Positions 24,910 to 36,400 of a stretch of DNA of 56,738 bases are shown piece after piece. This stretch comes from Klebsormidium nitens. Its lineage: Eukaryota > Plantae > Klebsormidiophyceae. The translations under genes and the position numbers were made by a program. The notes below the pieces were generated by a model. It made no database searches. It saw only the letters and a list, made by a program, of their open reading frames with translations, and was not told the origin of the DNA. Every line of letters begins with the position of its first letter. Positions within the stretch are counted from its first letter, which is position 1. The stretch is taken from the NCBI GenBank assembly GCA_000708835.1, contig DF237526.1, positions 1-56,738 of the forward strand. The letters are read 5' to 3'.

Positions 24910-26236
24910 TTACACTGTAAGGAGGCTCGACCACCACAGCGCACCTCTCTGATGCCCTTTGAACGCCCCAGAAATATAGCGAAGGTCTTTTCCGGTCCGC
25001 TGCCACACGCCCCCGGAAAGCCCCAAGACGAGCGGCTCGCCGTCAACGAAGTGCAGCCTGCCGTAGTAGTCGTCGTCCAGAGACCGTTTCATGGCAGAGT
25101 ACTCGTTGTCCAGCGCAGATATTGGGTCAGCTTCTTCCCCTGAGCACGTCGTCTCGAGGGTTGGTACGAGCTTGAAGGTGCTAACGAGAATCTCATCGTC
25201 GCTGCCTCGAGAGCGGCCGTAAGAGTCCCGCTCACGTCTCCACCCGTCGAGGCTCACTTCGTCGACACCGTTGTTTGCTGCAACAGCCATCGACCTTGCT
25301 TCGAGAAAAGGCTCCTTTGTAGGGGTGAGTTTGAAGCTCTTCCACTGCTGCTTTTCTATCTCGTCGATCTTCAAAGACAGGACCACCGAATCGTGTCTCC
25401 GCGCGCATATGTATAGGGACTCGTCGCTTATGGCCGTGCAGACCATATTTCCGGGATTGGAGCCGCCGAGTCTCACAGAAACGGACTGGTACCGGTGCCT
25501 TGGCAGCGGAATGTCCTGCCATTATGCCAGTCAGGGTGTCGTAGAGCTTTCCCTGTGCAACTGCGGGTTTAGAGTCGTACGTTGCAAAACTGTTTTTGCA
25601 AAATCTACTTAGCGGCTTATGCAGTACAAAGGTGTATCGGTTAGACGCAACCACCGTGAGGCTTGTCTGGTTCGTGTGATGTCGCCGTCCAACATAGCAT
25701 TCTGTGTAATATGAGAGAGGCGCTCTTAGTTCATTCTGAAAGACCAGAGCGGTTTGCTCGTGCCAGCCTTCGACTGTTGCCAGATCGAAAGACCGCAACC
25801 GCAGTTTGGCCACCTTTGAGTGCGGTGTATCTGAACTGCGCTTCGGCTCGCTGAGGACGTACACTGTATTCTTCACGACCACCACGCTCTCTGGAATATC
25901 AATCCAGTGCTCCGCCTCTTCCAAACTGCGCCCCCCTCCATAAGCACCCGCCATAAGCGGGTGCAGGTAAAGCTCATTTCCAGTCTCGCCAAGGATTGCC
26001 AAGCCAGGATACGGTTAATCTTCCTGGTCGTTGACCAGCCTGCATGCAAATCTGGTCAATCCAGCCTTGTGAAAGCGCCCCGGATTCCCTAGGAGCCCTT
26101 CCTCCACGTCCGCACCCTTCCAGGCTTTGGAAACGCGCCTCAGCCGTCCGAGCTCCTCAAAATCTAGATCAAAGGCTAACAAGAAGCGGCAAATGTACAG
26201 ATTGACGTCCGTGGGAAGCTGCTCAAACAAGGCCAT
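24910..26236 (-). pseudogene. Decayed intronless F-box/kelch-like gene
   Basis: N-terminal F-box-like LFEQLPTDVNLYICRFLL...LRRVSKAWK. In-frame TAA at 26015-26017, and the same frame resumes (VVVKNTVYVL). A frameshift near 25526 joins GKLYDTLTG to WQDIPLP, a kelch-like YDxxTxxW motif. Ends at 24910. Confidence 0.6.
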
Positions 26237-27496
26237 GGCATTTCACTCTGCTTGCTGATACCGATAGTCCTTTCAGTTTTGGGGTACTACGTTCAGGAGT
26301 TTGTTCAAACAGAGTCAGGTGCATCCTTTTGCTTGTTCAGAAAAGCTCAAGGCTTAGTAGACTTTCTATGCTCCCAGGAAGAGGCCGTATCAGCGGCCAA
26401 GCGTGCCTGTGAAGGTTTGGTGTCGATGTACCTATTGTAGTCAGCAGGTGCAAACAGTCAAACGCGCGCGGCGCGGCCTGCAGGCGGCGGCCCGGGCGGC
26501 CGCCCGGGGCCTCCTTGCGATTCGAAGGGTTTTGCGCACTTTGACGTCGATGAAGATCCATTCAAACCGTCTGATGTGAGTGTAGCTTTTCCCATCCGAC
26601 GGTTCAGGACCGTCATGCTGGATTTGCTGTACATTAATGTGCATGGGTAGCAGCCGGAGCAGAATGATCATTGACTCACAAATATGCGGTTCCTAATTTT
26701 CGCTCGTTCTCAGTGCATGAAAACACGTTGAGCACAGGCTTCGCTTTGCATTATATACCTAGTTTTGGCGCGGGATCGAATTGCACGCATGTACAGGATG
26801 ATTGTCGACTAGCTCCATATTCCGGCTATAGCTAATATAGAAGCTTCAGGAATAATGACCGTCTAGCTATACAATTGGCCGTCGGTGGCGGCCCATCAAA
26901 TGCCCGCACGCAATTGAGGATGGCCCCGGAGGGCGCAGCACCACGAGGAGTACGTCTGTTCGCGATGATCTGTTGAAAGTGTTGTGCACGCGCGAAACTT
27001 GCCAGCGATTTTAGGTAGGTCTGTGATTGGACCCGATCTGGCATGGCATACACGTGGTACTTGACTTATCAAGTACACAGATAATTAAGTGTCGGGCTAG
27101 CTTCACTTGTCTGTGTGAGGATTCCTTCGTCACTTCGAGTCGCTTTAGAAGGCGCCCAATTGCATATGTAGCTACCGTGGCAGTGAGGATATGGGCCAAT
27201 TTGGACGCAACACTGCTGGTCGGAATGCGAATCCAAAGCACGAGCTACACTCACAATCACGCAAAAGTGGCCCTGGTGAAAGTGACAAGTAGAACCTCCT
27301 CGACCACAACCCGTTCATTGCACTGACGTACGCCAGAGTCGTCAAGCAGTGCTCAGGCGCTCCGTTATTCGCATGATCGTTGTCGAACCAAGTGATAACG
27401 TCAAGTTTTGCGTATTGTTCAATGTACATAAGCCTACTGGGTTGGCTAGACCACGTTCGTCAAAGATACTCGCAGAAAAGCGTCGTACTACTCCTC

Positions 27497-30400
27497 TCAA
27501 TCATGGGTCGTCAACCGTTTTGTGAGGACTCGCGAGCATCTGCAATGAGAAAAAGCCCTGGATCAGATACAAGACCGATATTTTGAAACCGAGGTAGCGG
27601 AACCTATACGTTGACTTTCAGAGATGTCGGATACAGCACAACCATTCAAACCGAAACCACCAGTTTCTTGTCAGGAAAAGCAAAACCCCTTTCAGTTCCA
27701 AGAACTTATCAGTTCCAGCAAAGAAACAGATACTCTTTCGGCACATTGCAGGAGCTTGACTTGCTGTGCGCAAAACTTCAATAGCACCTACACGACAAGC
27801 ATGATAGCGCGTGCATTAGCACGGACCATCGAACAAAGAAAAGGCGAAACTCTCTGCTCTTATACATGTTAAACAACTGCCAATCTTCAATCTAACAGAA
27901 CGTGCTCCCCAACTCACCCCTGGTCATGGTCCCTGTACACGCCGATGAGCCCGTCTGCTTTATCGAAGAAGGTGTCCTTGAGCGAGATGACGACGCTCTG
28001 GAACGAGTGCCCCGCGTTGCGCTGGCCCGCGTTCTCGCGCGACTTGGCGTGGATGTACGCCGCAACACGCGCGACGTTCACGTTGTCCAGCGCGGCGTCG
28101 ACCTCGTCGAGCACGAAGAATGGCGATGGGCGGAAGCTGCACGAAGAGAGGAAGAAGCTGAGTGACGTTCCACTCCAACTCCAGTTCAAGGATACGTCGA
28201 TCCAGCCTAAATTGGGCAGGAAATGAACGATCTTCTGAGTGATTGTCGAGCGCGACAAGGAAGATGCAGTAAGAGAGGGTAAGAAACCTTCGCGAGAGAC
28301 GACGGCATGAGGTTGACCAGCTGTGATGGCCTTGACGGAAACGTCTTGTATCAATTTGAACCAAGAAACTCTGCTCACTTCTCATAGCTCCGCCCCAACA
28401 CTTGACGGCTGTCACCAAGTACCAAGGGCAACGAAAGCAATGACCAGCTCTCCGTCACACCTCGTAGCAACCCCCTAATTTAACACCGCCTCTCCTCCGC
28501 GACCACCAGCGCCACCCTTGTCTTACATCAGCCCCACAACTCACTCCCCCACTCTCCTACCTCTCCTCGTTTCAGGCCTTCTAGAACGATTGACACAATA
28601 CACTAGGTCTGCTTTGCCTTTCTTGGAAAGGTCGAGCAAACCTTTTCGGTCCTGACAGGTCGAACAGGCAACTGCATCGTCTTGTTCTGTGGGTCTGGAG
28701 CAGAACCCCAGCTCGCTTTCTCGCAGGGGGCTGCCAAGCAGAGTCAGCCCAGAGAAAGCCTTCACTCTTCACTCTCGCGTTCGCTATGGAAGACTTGACT
28801 CAGGCTGTTCGGTAGATCATCATCACTTCTGTGTATTGAAATTCAGGCACTGTGCAGCGCCGTTTTGGAGAGACCACTACTTACCTGTGGATGGCAAAAA
28901 GGAGCGCCAGCGCCGCGACCGTCTTCTCCCCGCCTGACAGCTCCTCCATGTTGCGGAAGCGTTTTGTGGGCGGCATGGCTGTATACTTGATGCCGTGCAG
29001 GAACGGCTCCTCGTCGTTCTCCAAGCTCAGGTACGCGGTGCCCCCGATGGGGTGGTCCGGGTCGCGCGTCAGCTGCTTGTAGATGCTGTCGATCTCGGTG
29101 GAGATGTGGGTGAAGGCCGCCATGAAGCGCGCGTACCTGTGGGTGAGGAAAATAGCGTCGGATTTTTTGTCCACGTCTGTAAGAATCGTACAATTGTCGA
29201 CGGCATATGCAGGTTGATGCTTGATATTGCGAAGGACAGCAGGACAGTCAATCTCCTTCAGTACCATAGGGGGTCTTATTCAAAGCTCATGCGTACCTTC
29301 AGAAAAAAGACGCGTAATGAAGGGGCAGACTTTAGTGCCCTCTACGCTGAGTTCTTTTTCTCAAACTCTAGTTATTGTGACCGTGGCAGTTCCGAGAGTT
29401 GCAAGTAATGAAACGAGTTCCTTCCAAGGCGAATTCCGACACGCAAAGCAACTCGCAGCCGAAATAGACTACCAGGAATTCTGCAGAGCGGCGCAAGACA
29501 GGCTTGATGACACCTTCAAACTGGGAAGTTAGCCAAACACGCGGGGCTCCCCTAATGCACTCTTTCCGGGACTCACCGCTCGTTCTTGACCTTGTTGAAC
29601 TCCTCCGTGATCTGCTTCTCCTCTTTGCGCGCCGCCTCGAACTCCTCGACGACGCCCCGCTCCTTGTCCCGCAGCTGCTCGTACTGGTCCAGCGCCTTCA
29701 GATTGGGCGCCGTCTTTTCCATCTCCGCCGTCATGGCCTCGATGCGCGACCGCAGCTCCGACTCCAGCTTCTCGCGCTCCGGCCCGGACGCGGGCTGCAG
29801 AGAAAGCAAGTAGATAAGTGCACAATACACGACAAAGTAGGAGTTTTTCCCTTAAAAGGTGACCCAAAGGACGCAAAAGCTCTTCTCCATCTCCGCCGTC
29901 ATGGCCTCGATGCGCAGCTCCGACTCCAGCTTCTCGCGCTCCGGCCCGGACGCGGGCTGCGGGGAGAAAAGAGAAGAACCAATACTGTATCAGTGATTTA
30001 TCAGTACTTGATTGATTAGCCTTTCTGTGAGAAGCGGCAATGGCCGTGATGAAAGCGTGGTTTTTAGTGACCCACAAAACACAAGACTCGCTTCATTGCT
30101 TTGATGCGCGACCGCAGCTCCGTGTCTAGCTTTTCGCGCTCCGGAATGGAGGCGGGCTGCGAAGAAAACAGATAACACTGGTGCTTTTCTTCTTGGCAGA
30201 TTCGCAAAAGCCTTGCTGAAAGTAGTGGATGAAAGCGACCGCAATGCGTAATGGCAGCTCCAGGTCCAGATTCTGCGCTCCAGGCCGAAGGCAGGCGGCA
30301 GAAAAGAAGGAGAAGAAGGGGCGCGTTTCTTATTAGCCTATCCGCAAGAGCCTTGACGGGGTTAGAGTGACCCATAGTGCGCGAGGGTGAGATTGGCGTG

Positions 30401-33400
30401 CATGCGATACTGAAACCGAGCACAATGTCTTGGCGTTTTGATACATTCCCTTTTGCTTCTACAAAATTTAGCAGATTATCCGAAGACGTGTCCGACGTCT
30501 TGTCTTGCTTACCGTACTGGTTGCAGAGGACTATAGATCACTGTTCCAGCGTTTTGCATCCTATGCAAGACCAAGCGCGGAGCCTGCGTAGAAGTGCCTT
30601 GGCCGCTCTCAAATAGAGGTAGCGGAAACGTCTGACGGCTTGCGTCATTCGAATTTTGAAACATGCTTTTGAAGGCAACCAAAGGACACACGCAGCGGAG
30701 ACTCACTTGTTGATACTTGCGGCTGAGGCTGGAGTAGTCGATCCCGGTGCCTCGCAGGGTCGCGGGCTCGGATGCGGACGGCTCTCCGCTGTCCACGTCC
30801 ATCGGCTCCGACTCGTCCTCGGCAGCGTCCGAGTCGACCCGGGGAAGCGGCACCTGCTCCAGCTCGCACGCCTCCAAGACCTCGCTCCGGACGCTCTTCA
30901 GCTGCTCGATGTGGGTCTCCTGAAACCGAGACAGTTTAACTTCTTGGTTTGTCTGAAAGAAAGATGGATTGCCCTTGAGCCGCTCGGGATGGGTCTCCTG
31001 AAACGGTTAAGATCTCAATAAGCAGAAAATAGGGATTGACTGCCTTCTGAGCTGCTTTGGAAAAGTATCTTAAATCCGGATGAGAATTGAAAATGACTTC
31101 TTGAATAGCACATACAAGGCAGCGTCCGAACCGACCCGGCGGAGGGGTATTCGCACGCCTCTAAGACCTTGCTCCGGACGCTGTTCAGCTGCTCGATACT
31201 GGTCTCCAGAAACCCGGATTGGGTCTGAATTGAATCCCTGCTTAGCAAAAAGACGCGGCGTCTGAAAAATCCACGGGAAAAGGCACTTGCTCCAGCTCGC
31301 ACGCTTCTAGAACCACGCTCTGGACGCTCCTTAGCTGCTTGAAATGGGTCTCTTAAAACTTGAACGATTTTGACTTCTGGTTGAAACCAGATCATATCGA
31401 GATTGTTCTCTCGATTCTGCGCGATCGAAGATGGAAACACTCCTGAGCGGCTCAATCTGGGTCATCTGAAACCGGAATGATTTTCGATTTAAGGCCATGG
31501 ACTCCGTTGCCATGGCCAGCGCAGGAGACGCAACAGCCCGCATATCTTAATCTGTTCACCTTTGTAAGCTTGAACGAAGAATATTAGGATTGAGATGGCG
31601 AACGTTTTTGGGCACAATGAAACGCAGTATCCATCCGGGTCAACAAGTATCGAGGCCAAACATCACAGGTGGGGTCCCACTCACAGCCAAAAGATACAGG
31701 GGGAAAAGGGAAGAAAAGAGGAAAAAGAGGGATATAATGGACTCGGGAGGATATAACACCTTTTATAGGACGAAATCAGGAATATCAAATGGCCCCCAGA
31801 TGGCCGTTCGATACAGTGCTTATTATTCACTCTGACCGTCCGCTCTCTGGAAAACCATTTAGTGACGAATAGGAAAAAATGACGTTGCATCAAAATCCTA
31901 TTTCCGGCGACTCGGACCCCGGTCTATGGTCGACACGTGGTTTTTTTGACACGCGGCCCAATCAAAACGGCGGTTTTTATGTCCATGTCCCTATCTGAGT
32001 GGGACCGACAAGAGAAACCCTCTGCCATCAGCCCGTAATCCAAGGAGGGAAGGCCACAAGTATGGGAATTGACGTCAACACCAATTGGTTCAGCCAAGGG
32101 TAGAATGACAAGGAGCCCCACCTTTGCCGTTATCTGCTTTTTCAGCTTTCCTGCGGCTTGCGTCTTTTCCGAGATCTGCTTCTTGAGAGCGCTGATCTCC
32201 TCTTCCACGGCATCAGCCTTCTGCTTGGACTCTGCAGCGCCAAGAAGAAGCTCGTAACCATCTTCCATGAACCTGACTAGACCAAACCGGACCGGCACAT
32301 CGTCAAGCGTACTCTCTTTCACATCCTGATATAGTCACTGGCCCTTCAAGAGCTGGCCAAAGATGTATCACCAAGTGAAAGCACTCAAGGGAAGTTGCAA
32401 AAAGTCACCTCCGGAAGTCTGAGTGTGATGATCGAGAAGACAAGGACGTCAAACACCGTAAGCGGACTCGACAACGCACATCTGGACAATGGCTACGTTT
32501 TCACACCGAAGCCGTCCACAGCCTGAGTATCTACCATGTATTCTGAGATCACCATCACAATCGGGAATAAAGCTTCTGAACGGCTCACCTTGCGATTCCG
32601 CCGTGATTGCGTCCAGCTCCGCCGTGATCGCATCCACCTCCTCCTTGACGTCAGCCAGCTTCTGTTGCAACTCCTTCAGCTCCTCCTTCGCTTCCGAAAT
32701 CTGCTCCTTGGTCTGCTTGACAGGCTCCTCCGTATTTCGCCGCCGCTCGTATTCCAGTCTGTACAAAACGAACGGCTCGGATCTGCCTAGGTCCCATCAG
32801 CGTTCCAAAGCCGACTGAAGAAGCGCCGGAAACATGCTTTTGCCCGCATGTTGCTTTCGTTACAGTAAGTTCCTCCTCCACCCGGTGAGGAACGGCCCAC
32901 TTTTCCATGGGTTTCTCCTCAAAGGCGCAATCTCGTCTATCTTGGAGTCAACGAAGCAACAAGGCCCAAAAGCGAACTGATAGAGGGCGGAGCTGTTTAC
33001 CTTGTTGCTCAGCCCTGCATTACGGAACTATTATTCTGAGGAAATGAAAGAGTGCGGATGGTTGCTGCTATGGCCATCCCGCTTCCGCAACTCAGCGCTC
33101 GCTTTTATCTGCAGCTGTAAACGAAAGAGAACCGTATCCTCTCTGCAGCTGTGAATAGAGGAAACCCCTCCAAAGGATGGAAAACGATGCCCATCTGCAG
33201 CAGTCGGAGCGAGAGCAAAGGACGCTGCCCCACTCACTGGCTCTTGATCTTGGCAATCTGGTTCTTCAGATGCAGCCGGCGCTCGTCCATCTCCTTGTGC
33301 TCCTTGAGGTACTTTTCCTCGTACTCGCGGATGCTCGCCACGCCCACGCCGCGGCTGAACTCGGCGAAGATGCGGTCCTTCACCTCGTTAATGCGCACCT

Positions 33401-36400
33401 GCAGCTTCGCCATCGCCGCCTCGCGCTTGCTCACGGCGTCCCGGATCTGCGGGGCGCAGTAGCACGCACTTCGTCAGACCTGGCCGCATGACTGGGATCC
33501 TGATCGCAGAACTGAAGCCATTTGATAAGCCAAGCCTGGCCAATGCAGGGCTCTGTGATCAGCAGAACTAGGGTTGGATGAAGCGGTCAAGAATGACGAA
33601 AAGTTCAACGCAATCATGTTTTGTCCACTTGAGAACACGCCTCGCAACGCCAACCACCATTTTCTCGCAGCCACCGTAGCTGCTATCAGGTGAATACCTC
33701 CCGTTGACTATGGCAATACCGGGAAGCTGAGCTAAGACAATCAGTTGCATAACGAGACGCTTTACCAGAAGGTTGGAAATCAAGGTCCTAGCAGGGACAC
33801 TCAACCACGACCTACGTCCGTTCCTTAAAACTTCTGCCTCGAAATGACTCACAAATTCAGAGGGCGGGTTCCCGAAATGTCAAAGTGTGCTGCCTCCGAA
33901 GGACTCTACGTCAGCTGCACGCACGAAGCAGGTAATGTTCATGACCAACGCCTTTGCGCTTCTACCAGTCGCTTACCTGCACGAGCTCTGGCTGCACGCT
34001 CTTCTGCTTCTGGGAGTTCACCTTCCGCTCCGACCGGATCTCCGCAATCTTCTTCTCCAACTCCTCCTGAAGAAACGAGAGAGCAAAAATAATTTCATGA
34101 TCGGTCTGCTTTCGCGTAAGATTGTGGGCGGCAACGTGTGGCGACTCTTTGATGGTACTTTAAATTTTCGAGAGAGTCTTCATCTCCACGCCACTCTTGG
34201 AGACCGGGGTTAGAGTAGAAGTCCGGTGCTTCTGGGCGACAAGGTGTTCGGACCCTTGCTTGCGTTTCCAGCTTCAAAGTTCGTTCGCAGGACCTGTTCT
34301 TTTTCACATCGTGCATCAACGAAAGCGGATCAAACTTTGCCGAAACCTTAAACCAGGGCACACGGCCAAGATTGAGCAACCAGATGATGCAACAAACTCT
34401 CACTGTATCGTACAACCCCGAAACATCGCTGCTCGGTCTCTGCTCACCAGGCTGACTGCAGACAGCTGCAGTTTCCGCTCGATCCCGGCAATCGACGTTT
34501 GCAGCTCCTGCAGTGCGAGGTCCAGTTGCCGTGGGTCGCCCAGCTCCGCCTTTTCCGCCTCGTACGCCTCGCGCTTCTTCTCCAGGGCTGCAGCAAAAGC
34601 AGGAATGACGGAAGAGCTGTGGTTCTTATACATCTGGACTGAAAGAACCAGTGCAACAGATGGTGACAAGAGATTCAGAACGGAGCACGTGCAAATGACC
34701 ACGGCGAAGATGTGTCATAGCGTTCGGAAACTGCAAAGGGACGAGAGCCAGCGGATCGACCACGGCGCAAGGCTATTACTAGCAATACCAAATACCAGCA
34801 GACAATTTCCGAATGGACATCTTTGCAGGTGAAAACTCGTGACAGTGCCATGTCGAAACAATCCACCGATAGTCCTTTTGAAAGGCTGGACGCCCTATCT
34901 CTATGGTTGTCCAGATGTCCCAGCGAGCACGACAGTATGGTGCGCCGAGAAACCCACCTTCAACAGCCTTATCGTCCCACCTCTTCGACTTTGCCTCCAT
35001 CCCTGAGCTCACTCCTCCGGTCACGTTGCCGTTCTTGGCGATCAGCGTACCATCCAGTGCAACCACTGTGAAGGAGGGAAGATTAAGCTACTGGATGGGA
35101 ACATTCGAGCGGAGGACAATCCTTATTCGACTTGTCGTCCCGACCTGTGAGGCGGAAAGCGAAAGGAAGGAGGCGGCTAGCAGACTTGCCCAGAAAATTG
35201 GATCGACACAATTGCAACCTGCCGTGTATCGTGCTAGCAAATCTCGAACATCTGCCGAGCCTGGGCCCGTACTGATACGCTGGCAGCAAACAATACACAC
35301 TGGTCTATCGCGTTTGTATGCTTACCCTTGTGCCTCTCGCTACTGTATGCCAGCTTCTTGGTCTCTTCCACCGTGTCGCACACCAGAGTCTGGCCGCACG
35401 CAAACAGGAACGCCTTCTCCAGGCTGGCATCGTATTGGAGGACGTCCAAGATGAGCTTTGCGGAGCCGCCGAGCGCGCGCAGATGCTCGGGGACTGCCTT
35501 GGCCTTGATCGTCTGGAGCGGGATGAAGGTCATCACCGGTGCGCGCTGCTCCTTCAGGTACTGCAGATAGGAGGAGGACCCGTGAATGCATGAGACAGGT
35601 GGCACGGTTTCTCGTCTCGTGGGCTCAAGAGATCTGGTGTCAATTGAACAGTCTACTTGCGCTTGGAAAAACGCCGCCCAGTCCGCTGGCCCTCCTTGCT
35701 CTGAGTTTACTCCGCTCAAAGGCAGCGTTCAGATGAACAGCATCATCCTACTCGACACGTCCGCTCTTAGTTCTCGGAAGCATAGGAACTTAGAAAGGAG
35801 AGAGCAATGTTGCTGTAACGGAGGCTAAGTGGTAGAACAGGTGAGCAAGCGCCTGCCTAGAGACCCGCAAAGAAGCGGGAACAAATGAAACTTAGAATTA
35901 CTCAGAAAGATTGTTGCAAACAAGATGCGTCCTTCCTCGACCCGGCTTATTGACGGCGAGTTTCAGCGACAGACGAGAGTAATGATGTCTTGTCAAAAAA
36001 GGCGGAGGCAGGCTGCCCCTTTGCCACCCTAAACAAGACAAATTCGATATCGAGGAGCAACCCGTCAAACGCTGCCTACAACTGAGCACGACTAGGCAAC
36101 TGCGATATGCTTCCAAACCACCGCTCTTTACCTGGATGCAGTCCTTCGCCGTCTTCTCATCCTCCACGACGATCGCGTCAAAGTTCTTGCCCATGGCCAC
36201 CGCAATCGCCATCTGGTACTTCCTCTGCGTGGGCTCGCATAAGTCAGACAGTCTTCCTCGCACCGCATGTCCGTACAGGCGCTTCATGCCCTCCAGCGCT
36301 TCCGCAGCCTTCCGGTCCCGTTCGCTCAGCCGCAGGTCCGCTCTCGCCTCGGCGATCTGGCCTTCGATCTTTTCGATCTGGCCTTGAAGGGTCACCGAAC

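Noticed and set aside
26400-27450. Short ORFs and a GC-rich palindromic patch (26460-26510)
   Set aside because: No identifiable protein family or element ends; partly SMC1 3' flank.
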